From Alkanindiges sp. WGS2144 (GTDB lineage Bacteria; Pseudomonadota; Gammaproteobacteria; Pseudomonadales; Moraxellaceae): 32,000 bases of DNA. Shown piece by piece: positions 17,637 through 30,978 of this stretch (positions are counted from its first letter, which is position 1; each line of letters starts with the position of its first letter). Below the pieces are notes generated by a model. The model ran no database searches and was not told the DNA's origin. It was given only the letters and a program-made list of their open reading frames with translations. The stretch lies in assembly GCF_043950625.1 (NCBI RefSeq), contig NZ_CP171007.1. One strand, written 5' to 3'. A program made the position numbers and the translations under genes.

Positions 17637-18170
17637 ATGGCAAACTCTAACCAATCCTCCCATACTGCACAGTTTGTCAATCCCAACGAAGATACTCGCA
17701 TTGGCGCAGGCAGCAGGGTTGAACTGCATTTTTCGGTGGCACTGGAAAATGGCATTGAGCTAGATAACACCCGGACACGGCCTGAACCCGTGAGCCTGAC
17801 CATGGGTGATGGCAACCTGCTGCCCGGTTTTGAAAATGCTTTGCTAGGCCTGCGGGCAGGTGATCGCCGCACTGTGCATTTACCCCCTGAAGATGCTTTT
17901 GGCCCCTGGAACCCGGAAAACGTACAAAGTTTTGATACTGTCAAGTTTACCGAACGCCCGGAAGTTGATCAAATGATTGAATTTGAAGACAAAAGCAAAT
18001 CCACCCTGCCTGGCGTGGTCAAATCAGTCAATGATGACATCACTGAAATTGACTTTAACCATCCACTGGCTGGCCGTAATGTGGTGTTTGAAGTGGAAAT
18101 TGTACGAGTTACCCCTGCCGGCCAAACAGGTCTGTCCATTTTAGGGAGCAATGCTGACAAGCCCAGCTAA
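17637..18170 (+). CDS. fkpB: FKBP-type peptidyl-prolyl cis-trans isomerase (FkpB/SlpA-like)
   Basis: FKBP fold with an insert-in-flap region (GDGNLLPGFENALLGLRAGD...HPLAGRNVVFEVEIV). GAGGAA RBS. Conserved position after lspA. Confidence 0.8.
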   Translation: MANSNQSSHTAQFVNPNEDTRIGAGSRVELHFSVALENGIELDNTRTRPEPVSLTMGDGNLLPGFENALLGLRAGDRRTVHLPPEDAFGPWNPENVQSFDTVKFTERPEVDQMIEFEDKSKSTLPGVVKSVNDDITEIDFNHPLAGRNVVFEVEIVRVTPAGQTGLSILGSNADKPS

Positions 18171-18210
18171 GCTAGATTTAATCACCGGTTATTATTTTAA
18201 AGCCCATAAT

Positions 18211-18245
18211 AAAGCACCGTCTTTCTCTACTGATGATGGTGCTTT
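18211..18245. terminator. Hairpin between convergent fkpB and the porin gene (putative bidirectional terminator)
   Basis: AAAGCACCGTC-13 nt loop-GATGGTGCTTT gives an 11-bp stem including one G-U pair. It is A-rich upstream and T-rich downstream. Confidence 0.5.
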
Positions 18246-18279
18246 ATTGCTTAATACCAATGGCCGGCTTTAAGCTGGC

Positions 18280-19455
18280 CTAAAAATAATAGCCAATAGA
18301 AATATATAATAGCTTTTTCCATTTGACGTCATCACTGCCTTGCGCATAGCTGCTGGCATCACCACCGACCATGGCATCATTTTTGCCAATCATATACTCC
18401 GCAAAAATACCCATGGGGCCATAGTTAAAACCCACCCCGGAAATCAGCCGCTGGGAGGTCGCAAATCCCCGGGGCTTTTTATCCATCACACTATAGTTTA
18501 AATAAGGCTTGATGTTACTCAATTTGCCATAAGGTTCAGCAACACGATACGACAGCTCAGCACTATAAAAATTATAGTCATTGGCAATATTGTACGCATA
18601 ATCAAAAGCACCAAAAGTACTGCTATCTGGCATTTGCAGATCTTTGTTGTCTAGACGATGCTGCCCGGCCACCAAGGTTGTATTCCACTGTTTCCAGTTA
18701 CTGCTGCCAAACACATTCCAGGCATCACGCTGACCCGACTGACCATTTTGCTTATTGTCGAGGCTTGAATGCCAATACGATGCACCTAGCGTGTGATCTA
18801 GCTCATCACTTTGCTCAAAATGATGGCTGATCCGGCCAATCAGCATGTTTCTTTCTTCAATAGCAGTACCATTATCAAGATCATCGGCCTGTACCAGATT
18901 GGCGCTAAAGCGGCTAGCAGCATTGCTTTGACCTATATAATTTCTGCCATCCCGCGGATAAAAGCCCAGTGACAACTCGTTATCAGCTGTCTTGTACTGA
19001 TACTTGATACCCGGATTATGCGTGTCTTCCAGTCCCAGATTATAAGCTGTACCTTCGTAATAGGTGCTACCCCAGTACTGACCCGGCCCAAAAGGAACTG
19101 GCATCATGCCAATGCTTAATTGCTGCTGCGGATTAAACTGGTAGCCCATCCATGCATCCACCAGCATGCTCAGGTCACATAGCTCCTCCATGCGGTAGCA
19201 GCGATAATCGGCGTAAGCCAGCCATGTAGGCGAGCTATAGCTAATTACCAGCTTACTGTCTGCAAACTCCAGCTTGCTCTTGTCAGCCTGTGCAAACTCC
19301 CTGTACTGGTATTTGGCACGGACTGCCCCACCTATATCCAGCTTGCCTGATCCTTCAGTTGCAATTTCAATTGCTTGTCCCTGCTGACTGGTCAGTACCA
19401 CTAGCACACATACCATCAGCTGCATCAGCCATTGCTTTAATTTCACGATAGGCAC
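18280..19455 (-). CDS. Outer-membrane beta-barrel porin, family not assigned
   Basis: Signal peptide ending ...SQQGQA|IE, alternating amphipathic beta-strand pattern, many Tyr/Gly/Asn, and a C-terminal LLYISIGYYF ending in Phe (the OMP beta-signal). The start is GTG 19455; an alternative ATG is at 19425. Confidence 0.75.
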   Translation of the reverse strand: MPIVKLKQWLMQLMVCVLVVLTSQQGQAIEIATEGSGKLDIGGAVRAKYQYREFAQADKSKLEFADSKLVISYSSPTWLAYADYRCYRMEELCDLSMLVDAWMGYQFNPQQQLSIGMMPVPFGPGQYWGSTYYEGTAYNLGLEDTHNPGIKYQYKTADNELSLGFYPRDGRNYIGQSNAASRFSANLVQADDLDNGTAIEERNMLIGRISHHFEQSDELDHTLGASYWHSSLDNKQNGQSGQRDAWNVFGSSNWKQWNTTLVAGQHRLDNKDLQMPDSSTFGAFDYAYNIANDYNFYSAELSYRVAEPYGKLSNIKPYLNYSVMDKKPRGFATSQRLISGVGFNYGPMGIFAEYMIGKNDAMVGGDASSYAQGSDDVKWKKLLYISIGYYF

Positions 19456-19510
19456 CTAAAACCGTTAGCAGCCGGGTAGCTTTTGCCCCACCCGGTCTGG
19501 AAAAAATGGC

Positions 19511-19547
19511 AAAAAAAAGGCCTAGAATGTTGTCTCTAAGCCTTTTT
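19511..19547 (-). terminator. Rho-independent terminator of the esterase gene
   Basis: Minus strand reads GGCTTAGA-gacaacat-TCTAGGCC followed by TTTTTTTTT. A T-run is also present on the plus side. Confidence 0.8.
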
Positions 19548-19628
19548 AAGAAGGGCGCTATCATACCTAAACCCTAAATGGACAGCTAAGCTGTCTCATT
19601 AGACTTTGGTCGTAAAATTACAATTTTT

Positions 19629-20693
19629 TTAGAGTATTTCCAGCAGGGCTTTTAAATCCCTAGCCATTTTAATGGTAGCCTTTTTGGCCGCCTGATTAAT
19701 CGGGGTAATATTAATAAACCCATGCCCCTGTCCCTCTATCCGCTCCAGGATGACCTGGCCACCTACTGCCTGCATCTGCTTGGCGTAGGCTTCGCCTTCA
19801 TCACGCAACACATCAAAAGCAGCGGTCACCACCAGTGCTGGCGGCAAGTTATTCAAATCGCCCAGTAACGGCGTTACCAGTGGACTCTCCAGTGTCAGCT
19901 CACTCAAGCCCACATAAGCGGCGTTAGCAGCCTCAATATCCAGATCACTTAAAAACAGGCCCTGCGTATAAAGCTGGCGCGATTCGTACTCATTAATCAG
20001 ATCTACTACCGGATAGATCAGTAGCTGGGCAGCAGGTGCATCCGCAGAATCCTTGGTTTGCTGACTCACTACCGCAGCCAGATTACCGCCCGCGCTATCT
20101 CCCGCTACCGCAACTTTTGCTGGATCAGCACCCAGAGATGCCGCATTGGCTTTGGCCCATTTTAAAGCCGCAATACAATCCTCTACCGCAGCAGGTGCTG
20201 GATGCTCAGGTGCCAGACGGTAATCCACACTCAGCACATGCATCTTGCCATGCTTACACAACAACCGGCAGGCTTCATCATGGGTATCCAGATCACCAAC
20301 CACAAAACCACCGCCATGGTAAAACACCAATAACGGGGCGCCCTGACCCTGCTCTGGCTGATAGTGCCGAACCGGTAAAAGACTGGCTGGCCCTTCAATA
20401 CTAAAATCCCTAACTCCGGCAACTGCTGTGGGCTTACCTACAATCGAAGCCATTTCATTACGAAAATGCTTACGGCTACGCACCGCATCCTTACCAATCA
20501 AACTGGTATCACTTTCCAGTTGACGCACAGCCAGCAATAAGCGTACATGAGGATCTAGGCCCTGGTAATCATGACGATAACCTATAAGCTGAGCCAGACG
20601 CAACTGAACAGATGCCGGTAAATAAGCCGTCAGACGCGCCGCGTTACCACGGGCTTTTGCCACACGCTGGCGCAAATCTTTTAACGAAGACAC
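19629..20693 (-). CDS. Alpha/beta-hydrolase, hormone-sensitive-lipase (family IV) type esterase/lipase
   Basis: HGGGF oxyanion-hole motif (VFYHGGGFVVG), GDSAGG nucleophile elbow, and distal Asp/His (DVLRDEG, GQGHGF). GTG start at 20693 with AAGGAAA 5 nt upstream. Confidence 0.88.
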   Translation of the reverse strand: MSSLKDLRQRVAKARGNAARLTAYLPASVQLRLAQLIGYRHDYQGLDPHVRLLLAVRQLESDTSLIGKDAVRSRKHFRNEMASIVGKPTAVAGVRDFSIEGPASLLPVRHYQPEQGQGAPLLVFYHGGGFVVGDLDTHDEACRLLCKHGKMHVLSVDYRLAPEHPAPAAVEDCIAALKWAKANAASLGADPAKVAVAGDSAGGNLAAVVSQQTKDSADAPAAQLLIYPVVDLINEYESRQLYTQGLFLSDLDIEAANAAYVGLSELTLESPLVTPLLGDLNNLPPALVVTAAFDVLRDEGEAYAKQMQAVGGQVILERIEGQGHGFINITPINQAAKKATIKMARDLKALLEIL

Positions 20694-20747
20694 AGAACTT
20701 TCCTTAAAAAATTGGAATAACGGTTATATTGGCGTGTCCACCTATTT

Positions 20748-20780
20748 TTGACAAGTAATAGACAATAATTATTGTCAATT
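20748..20780 (-). promoter_or_regulatory. Operator-like palindrome in the esterase promoter region
   Basis: A perfect 16-bp palindrome GACAATAATTATTGTC (20761-20776) is nested in TTGACAA (20748-20754)...TTGTCAA (20772-20778). It is related to the repeat at 2480-2507. Confidence 0.5.
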
Positions 20781-20788
20781 CTTGCCAT

Positions 20789-20824
20789 AAAAAAGCCACC
20801 AATAAAAAATCATTGATGGCTTTT
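20789..20824 (-). terminator. Rho-independent terminator of purC
   Basis: Minus strand reads AAGCCATCAAT-gatttttt-ATTGGTGGCTT (one mismatch) followed by TTTTT. Confidence 0.7.
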
Positions 20825-20841
20825 AATAATAGCTTACATGT

Positions 20842-21561
20842 TTAAATAGCGCTTAAATCCACACCCAGACGCAAAGCCACTTCTTCATACGCTTCCACCA
20901 CACCACCCAAACCTTGACGGAAGCGGTCTTTATCCAGTTTCTTACGGGTATCTTTATCCCACAAACGACAGCCATCCGGTGAAAATTCATCACCCAGCAC
21001 AATCCGGTCATGGAACACACCAAATTCCAGCTTAAAATCTACCAGCAACATATTACCGGCATCAAACAGCTTGGTGAGCACTTCATTAACCTGATAAGTA
21101 AGCGCTTTCATTTGTTGAAGTTGGGCTTCGGTGGCCCAGCCCAGCGTGATTGCCAGTGATTCATTGACCATTGGATCACCCAGCGCATCATCCTTGTAAA
21201 ACAGCTCAAAGGTCGGCGGCGTTAAAGCGATACCTTCTTCCACCCCTAAACGGCGGCACAGGCTACCTGCGGCATAATTGCGGATCACGCACTCTACCGG
21301 GATCATCTCCAGGCGCTTAACCAGCACTTCATTGCTGGACAGCAATTTTTCAAAATGTGTTTCTACACCAGCTTCCTGCAATTTCTGCATAATAAAGGCA
21401 TTAAACCGGTTATTTACCTTACCTTTACGCGCCAGTTGCTCCACTTTTTTACCATCAAAGGCAGAAGTATCATCGCGAAATACCAGCACCAAATGATCAG
21501 CATCTTGAGTTTCATATACCGATTTGGCTTTGCCGGTATATAGTAAGGATTGTTTTTCCAT
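20842..21561 (-). CDS. purC: Phosphoribosylaminoimidazole-succinocarboxamide (SAICAR) synthase
   Basis: 239 aa with a typical PurC N-terminus ([11 protein letters not shown]...[12 protein letters not shown]) and C-terminal DKDRFR motif. Adjacent to bamC-dapA as in enterobacteria. Confidence 0.95.
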   Translation of the reverse strand: MEKQSLLYTGKAKSVYETQDADHLVLVFRDDTSAFDGKKVEQLARKGKVNNRFNAFIMQKLQEAGVETHFEKLLSSNEVLVKRLEMIPVECVIRNYAAGSLCRRLGVEEGIALTPPTFELFYKDDALGDPMVNESLAITLGWATEAQLQQMKALTYQVNEVLTKLFDAGNMLLVDFKLEFGVFHDRIVLGDEFSPDGCRLWDKDTRKKLDKDRFRQGLGGVVEAYEEVALRLGVDLSAI

Positions 21562-21601
21562 TACAGGACCTTTTTAAATAAACGACCGCTTAAATGAATG
21601 C

Positions 21602-22204
21602 TTAAGCTGGCCAATTCTGGTGTACTTGAGTTAACACATCAGTGGCACGGTTCTTATCGACCAGCAGATTTTTTTCATCCTGAACCGTGATAGTAGTCAG
21701 GCTACCAGCATGCGTCAGACGCAAGTAAACCATTTGCTGATCAAAGCGCATAGCGACCCAGCCAGCCGCCTGATTACGCTTCTCTACGGCAATGTTGGAT
21801 ACACTTAAGCTAGCCAGAAGTAAATCCCACACCTGCGCTGGATCACCCTCAATACGCAGTAATGGAAAACCATTACCATCAGTCACCAACACCGGGCGTG
21901 ATGGCGCACCAACACCAACCGTCTGTACTTGTTCAGCGTTAGCAAGCAAGCCTTGTGGGGCAGGCATCTCAAAACGATTACCTTTTTTGTTGCTAAAATT
22001 TGGCGCAGCGTCCAGTGCAGCAGGATCAATTGCCGGTGCCGGATAAATAGAAGTCATAGGCCGCGTGGCACTTGCAGGCAACTGTAACGGCGGCAATACG
22101 CGAGTCTCTTTATAATCCAGCGAATTATTGCTAATGCTCAGGCGGCTACAACCTGTCAATGCAAATATGGATAAGCTCAATACAAGCCCGGCGCGATACA
22201 GCAT
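21602..22204 (-). CDS. bamC: Short BamC (NlpB)-like outer-membrane lipoprotein
   Basis: Lipobox LTGC at residues 16-19, GAGGA RBS, and position between dapA and purC (dapA-nlpB synteny). N-terminal extended region plus one domain resembling the BamC helix-grip (PLLRIEGDPAQVWDLLLASL). Only 200 aa. Confidence 0.6.
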   Translation of the reverse strand: MLYRAGLVLSLSIFALTGCSRLSISNNSLDYKETRVLPPLQLPASATRPMTSIYPAPAIDPAALDAAPNFSNKKGNRFEMPAPQGLLANAEQVQTVGVGAPSRPVLVTDGNGFPLLRIEGDPAQVWDLLLASLSVSNIAVEKRNQAAGWVAMRFDQQMVYLRLTHAGSLTTITVQDEKNLLVDKNRATDVLTQVHQNWPA

Positions 22205-22227
22205 GGTTAATCCTCAAATCAGGGGTT

Positions 22228-23127
22228 TTAACGCGTTAGAATACCTGTATCCAGCAAAGCCTGACGAACCTGTGGCTGGTAGGACTCGGCTAAAACAGTT
22301 AATGGCAGACGAATACCCGTTCCAATCATGCCCATCTCATAAAGAGCCCATTTTACTGGAATTGGATTCGATTCGCAGAATAATATTTGATGCAATAACG
22401 CAACGCTGTTGTTAAGTTGTTCAGCGCTATCCCGATCACCTGCCAATGCAGCCATACATAACTGGCTCATCACTTTTGGCGCTACATTGGCAGTCACCGA
22501 AATATTACCTTGCGCACCCAGTAAAATTAAACGATAAGCCGTGGCATCATCCCCGGAGAACACAGCTATTTTTTTGTTTAGGCGTTGAATCAACTCATTG
22601 CCACGGTTTAAATCCCCAGTAGCATCTTTAATTCCAATAATACCATCCACATCTGCCAGACGAACCACCGTATCGTTGTTCATATCTACGCCAGTGCGGC
22701 CAGGCACATTGTACAAAATCTGCGGCAAATCAACCGCCTCCGCAACCGCTTTATAATGCTGATATAAACCTTCCTGAGTAGGCTTGTTATAATAAGGGGT
22801 CACCAGCAAGGCAGCATCTGCGCCCAGGTTTTTTGCTGTTCGGGTTAACTCAATGGCCTCTTTGGTAGAGTTGGCGCCCGTCCCGGCAATGACGGGAATG
22901 CGCCCGTTAGAAGCCCTGACAACCGCCTCAATCACCTTTGCGTGCTCATCCATATCCAGGGTTGCTGATTCACCAGTAGTGCCTACAGCGACCAGCCCGT
23001 GGGTTCCCTGCGCCACATGCCAGTTGACCAGCTGTTTCAACCCGTCCCAGTCCACAGCACCGTCATCCAGCATCGGAGTAACCAGTGCGACAATTGAACC
23101 ATGAATGGAGGTTGCCTGTTGCGTCAT
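22228..23127 (-). CDS. dapA: 4-hydroxy-tetrahydrodipicolinate synthase
   Basis: [12 protein letters not shown]..., GTTGES, catalytic-Lys region ([10 protein letters not shown]). I choose ATG 23127 ([11 protein letters not shown]; AAGG upstream). The ORF-track TTG 23154 and ATG 23151 lack an RBS. Confidence 0.93.
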   Translation of the reverse strand: MTQQATSIHGSIVALVTPMLDDGAVDWDGLKQLVNWHVAQGTHGLVAVGTTGESATLDMDEHAKVIEAVVRASNGRIPVIAGTGANSTKEAIELTRTAKNLGADAALLVTPYYNKPTQEGLYQHYKAVAEAVDLPQILYNVPGRTGVDMNNDTVVRLADVDGIIGIKDATGDLNRGNELIQRLNKKIAVFSGDDATAYRLILLGAQGNISVTANVAPKVMSQLCMAALAGDRDSAEQLNNSVALLHQILFCESNPIPVKWALYEMGMIGTGIRLPLTVLAESYQPQVRQALLDTGILTR

Positions 23128-23314
23128 TTTTGATGTACCTTGTACTGCCATCAAGCACTATACACAATAAAAAATAGCGGATGGATAGGGTGGATGAACA
23201 CGATATGGGAAAACAAAAGAATGGTAAAAAACCCGCGCTTGAAAAACAAGCACAATTCACCGAATTTATCCAATTCGCTGCATTTGCCTGCCTGAATGAC
23301 ACGCACTATAAATA

Positions 23315-23340
23315 CAAAAAAGCCAGAACATTGTCTGGCC
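23315..23340 (-). terminator. Terminator downstream of tRNA-Gly
   Basis: Minus strand reads GCCAGA-caatgt-TCTGGC followed by TTTTTTG. Confidence 0.6.
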
Positions 23341-23376
23341 TTCTTGATGCAGGCCTTAAGGCAACTGCACTAAAAC

Positions 23377-23452
<76 letters not shown>

Positions 23453-23462
23453 GTAGGCCGTT

Positions 23463-23490
23463 ATCTTAACCTTTAATGGCTGCCAGTCAA
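23463..23490 (-). promoter_or_regulatory. Promoter of tRNA-Gly
   Basis: Minus strand reads TTGACT (23490-23485), 16 nt, TAAGAT (23468-23463). The -10 ends 10 nt before the mature tRNA 5' end. Confidence 0.55.
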
Positions 23491-23696
23491 GCTTTTTAAA
23501 ACAAATTTTGAATAAGTGCTTTTTTTATAAGCAATCCATTTTCTTCTTCCTTTAATTCACTAAAAAATTTAAAGCAGCTGTAATCCTCTACAAAAAATAT
23601 ATAGAACCTTCACTACAAATCAGCTTAACTTTGCTGAAGTAAAAATGTTTAAGTTTCTGATTAAATAAACAAATGAAATTGTATGAGGACATTCAA

Positions 23697-24497
23697 GTGC
23701 GCAGTCTAACCACAATAAGCTTATGTACGGTACTGGCATTAACAGGCTGTGCCAGCTCCACCATGAATAGTGCAACTGGTGTCGATCGCAAGCAGCTCCT
23801 ACTGGTTTCCAGCGACGAAGTGAACCAGATGGCTGCCCAGAGCTATCAACAGACACTGACCGAAGCACGACAAAAAGGCATACTTAATCCCAATGCTGCC
23901 CAGCTACAGCGCTTGCAGCGAATCGCCAACCGCTTGATTCCCCAGGTTAACGTGTACCGTCCAGATGCGCGCAACTGGAATTGGCAGGTCAACATGATTA
24001 AAAGCAACGAACTCAATGCCTATTGTGCACCAGGTGGCAAAATCATGTTTTACACCGGGATTATTGATCGCCTCAATTTAACGGATGATGAAATCGCTGC
24101 GATCATGGGTCATGAGATGGCACATGCCCTGCGCGAACATGGGCGTGAGCGCGTATCACGCGGTAGCGCTACCCAGCTGGGTCTAAGTGTACTGGCCTCT
24201 GCGGTAGGCTTAACTGAGGGCCAGACGCAAATTGCCGGAATTGCCACGCAGCTGGGTCTTGACTTGCCTTTTAGCCGTAGCCAGGAAAGTGAGGCAGACT
24301 CCCTCGGCCTTGAACTGATGGCACGCGCAGGCTACAACCCGCAAGCTGCTATTAGCTTGTGGAATAAAATGTCGGCTGCCAGTCAAGGTGAGCCGCCACA
24401 GTTTTTGAGTACTCACCCAGGCGCACAAAACCGTATTCAGCACTTACAGAGCCTCATTCCTAAGGTAACTCCACTATATCAGCAGGCAAAGCGCTAA
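23697..24497 (+). CDS. M48-family zinc metallopeptidase lipoprotein (YcaL/LoiP-like)
   Basis: HEMAH zinc motif (IMGHEMAHALREH) and lipobox LTGC. I prefer GTG 23697 (GAGGA 7 nt upstream, giving the signal peptide MRSLTTISLCTVLALTGC) over ATG 23673, which has no RBS. Confidence 0.85.
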   Translation: MRSLTTISLCTVLALTGCASSTMNSATGVDRKQLLLVSSDEVNQMAAQSYQQTLTEARQKGILNPNAAQLQRLQRIANRLIPQVNVYRPDARNWNWQVNMIKSNELNAYCAPGGKIMFYTGIIDRLNLTDDEIAAIMGHEMAHALREHGRERVSRGSATQLGLSVLASAVGLTEGQTQIAGIATQLGLDLPFSRSQESEADSLGLELMARAGYNPQAAISLWNKMSAASQGEPPQFLSTHPGAQNRIQHLQSLIPKVTPLYQQAKR

Positions 24498-24513
24498 AAA
24501 TGTGTTAAAAGCA

Positions 24514-24546
24514 AAAAAGCCCTTAATATTTAAGGGCTTTTTCTTT
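24514..24546. terminator. Bidirectional Rho-independent terminator
   Basis: AAAAAAGCCCTTAA-tat-TTAAGGGCTTTTTC sits between the convergent M48 and DUF805 genes. Confidence 0.85.
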
Positions 24547-24560
24547 CGCTGGTAAATGTT

Positions 24561-24944
24561 TTAAGTCGGTAAGGTTGGCGTAGTATTACCTATATGTTTG
24601 GGGTTTGCACCATAACGATTTGGCCCCGGAGTACTATCAATACACATCATGATAATTAAAATGATGGTTCCAACCACAGGAATAAGAGCCAGTAGTAACC
24701 ACCAACCTGTACGATCAGTGTCATGTAAACGGCGGACTGCAACCGCAATGCCCGGAATAAGAATTGCCAGACCGTAAATGCCGCTTAATATAGGCGTATC
24801 ACCTCTAAATAATACTGTATCCAGCATACTCAAAATAAGAGCAATAATCAAATTAATGAAGGCAAACATCCAGTATTCCTGTCGGCGAGCGCGACCAACA
24901 AAATTGGCATAATTATCACGGATTACTTTTAAATACCAGTTCAT
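24561..24944 (-). CDS. DUF805-family inner-membrane protein (YhaH/YhaI-like)
   Basis: MNWYLKVIRDNYANFVGRARRQEYWMF... followed by three TM helices and RRLHDTDRTGWW. ATG 24944 with GGGAG 9 nt upstream; the ORF-track start at 24962 adds 6 aa. Confidence 0.85.
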   Translation of the reverse strand: MNWYLKVIRDNYANFVGRARRQEYWMFAFINLIIALILSMLDTVLFRGDTPILSGIYGLAILIPGIAVAVRRLHDTDRTGWWLLLALIPVVGTIILIIMMCIDSTPGPNRYGANPKHIGNTTPTLPT

Positions 24945-25110
24945 TATCTTAGCTCCCGGCATGTTCCTAAATGTCTCATTGATATAGCCTACGTTTTCGC
25001 ATCCCGCAAGAAGACGATTTATTAAACATATACTTCACTGTATAGAAAACAATCAATAGGGGATTACAAATTAACCAACAAAGGCAACGATAGAATAGGA
25101 ATAAAGAGGA

Positions 25111-25135
25111 GGGGACCAGTATTGAACTGGTTCCC
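25111..25135 (-). terminator. Terminator-like hairpin just downstream of the 5S 3'-end duplicate
   Basis: Minus strand reads GGGAACCAGT-tcaat-ACTGGTCCCC (10-bp stem) followed by TCCTCTTTATTCC. Confidence 0.4.
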
Positions 25136-25139
25136 TTAG

Positions 25140-25159
25140 GAATAATGAGCTGGCGATGC
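25140..25159 (-). repeat. Duplicate of the 5S rRNA 3' end plus trailer (remnant)
   Basis: GAATAATGAGCTGGCGATGC at 25140-25159 is identical to 25332-25351, which is the 3' end of the intact 5S plus 6 trailer nt. The flanks are also similar (TCCCTTAG versus TCCTTATT). Confidence 0.7.
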
Positions 25160-25245
25160 GCTGAGACTGGACTAGCAAACTTAAAGTGTCGCTTTGAGGC
25201 TTTGCCCAGTCGCAAGGCCGAACGACGCGTTTTGCTTGTCTTGCA

Positions 25246-25274
25246 CTTACTTTAAAGCAGTGCTTTAAAGTAAG
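25246..25274. other. Perfect 29-bp palindrome
   Basis: CTTACTTTAAAGCA-g-TGCTTTAAAGTAAG has 14-bp arms. It lies between the rrn terminator and the 5S remnant. Confidence 0.6.
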
Positions 25275-25290
25275 CTCAAGGCACGACCCT

Positions 25291-25328
25291 TAAAAAGAAA
25301 AGGAGAGCAACCATTGGTTACTCTCCTT
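25291..25328 (-). terminator. Rho-independent terminator of the rrn operon
   Basis: Minus strand reads AAGGAGAG-taaccaatggttg-CTCTCCTT followed by TTCTTTTT. It starts about 10 nt after the 5S 3' end. Confidence 0.8.
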
Positions 25329-25337
25329 ATTGAATAA

Positions 25338-25456
25338 TGAGCTGGCGATGCCCTACTCTCACATGGCGAATGCCACACTACCATTGGCGCAACGTGGTTT
25401 CACTTCTGAGTTCGGGAAGGGATCAGGTGGTTCACACGTGCTATGGTCGCCAGCAC
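25338..25456 (-). rRNA. rrf: 5S ribosomal RNA
   Basis: The reverse complement aligns along its length with canonical bacterial 5S (GTGCTGGCGACCATAGC...CCGAACTCAGAAGTGAAAC...GAGAGTAGGGCATCGCCAGC). Ends are +/-3 nt. Confidence 0.95.
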
Positions 25457-25650
25457 AACTGGTCGATGATTGGTGGTCTTTGGTGCCACATCTCATCCTG
25501 TCCGGTTGCAGCTGATGGATATGATCCATCAGGCTAAGCAATATTACAGCAAAGGTGGTTGAGTCTGTCGATGCAATGTCTGAATCAAGCAGTTACTGAT
25601 CTGGCAGCAACAGTATGCTTGTTTAAGGTCTACAACGCTTTAGGTGTTGT

Positions 25651-28543
<2,893 letters not shown>

Positions 28544-28952
28544 ATACAACCCTAAAACGTCGTATAGCGTCTACCTTAATACCAAGAACGCTTGATTCAG
28601 TTTGCTAGTTCTCAAGTTAAATTCTATCTAGCCAACCCATCCATGAAGAATGAATTAACCAGCTAGCAATCTAACTGAGTGAACAATTTATTTCAGACTC
28701 AATTTTACCTTGCTGTTAATGAATCAATCACGATCTCGTCAATCAGTGATTATTTGTTCCGCTTTCGCAGAAATTAATAAACTATCCATTTATTAATTTC
28801 TGGGAAATTCTTTCTTTAAAAACTCAACCATTCTTTCCATGCAAGCCTACGCGCAGCATATGAGACATATATGTCGCAAGGTCAAATTCTCAGGCAAACT
28901 TAAAACACTGTTTTAAGGATTTGCTCTATCAACCACGAAGCAGTGCTTCGTG

Positions 28953-29028
28953 TGGTGGAGTCTAGGAGAGTCGAACTCCTGACCTCCTGCGTGCAAAGCA
29001 GGCGCTCTACCAACTAAGCTAAGACCCC
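28953..29028 (-). tRNA. tRNA-Ala (anticodon TGC), in the 16S-23S spacer
   Basis: The reverse complement reads GGGGTCTTAGCTTAGTTGGTAGAGCGCCTGCTTTGCACGCAGGAGGTCAGGAGTTCGACTCTCCTAGACTCCACCA, with the G3:U70 identity pair present. Confidence 0.97.
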
Positions 29029-29069
29029 TTGTCGCTGCTGCCCTACTGTCCACTTCGCATTATGCGATT

Positions 29070-29146
<77 letters not shown>

Positions 29147-29215
29147 AACGTAGTGCTTACCTTACTCATATAGAGAACAACTTGTTGTGGATTCTTACCA
29201 ACCGGTGATTATCGT

Positions 29216-30754
<1,539 letters not shown>

Positions 30755-30950
30755 AATTCCAATATGCCTTTATTCTAAGACACAAATCTGACTCATCAAA
30801 ACTGACAAATTACTCAAATAAACTTCAAGAAATTTATACCAATTATGATGATATTATTGCATCACCCAATTAGTAAAAATCCACACAAGTTGTTCTCTAT
30901 TCTCTTAATGAATTAATCTTCTACTTCGTCAGTAGTAAGATAGGTCGCAT

Positions 30951-30978
30951 ATTGTATATTAATTTAGTGCTTTGTCAA
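30951..30978 (-). promoter_or_regulatory. rrn promoter P2
   Basis: Minus strand reads TTGACA (30978-30973), 16 nt, TACAAT (30956-30951), then the discriminator ATGCGACC. Confidence 0.6.

Noticed and set aside
24976-25215. 79-aa minus-strand ORF (TTG start) downstream of the rrn operon
   Set aside because: It spans the 5S 3'-end relic and a terminator-like hairpin. It has no RBS and no recognisable domain. The region is better explained as non-coding rrn tail and DUF805 promoter DNA.
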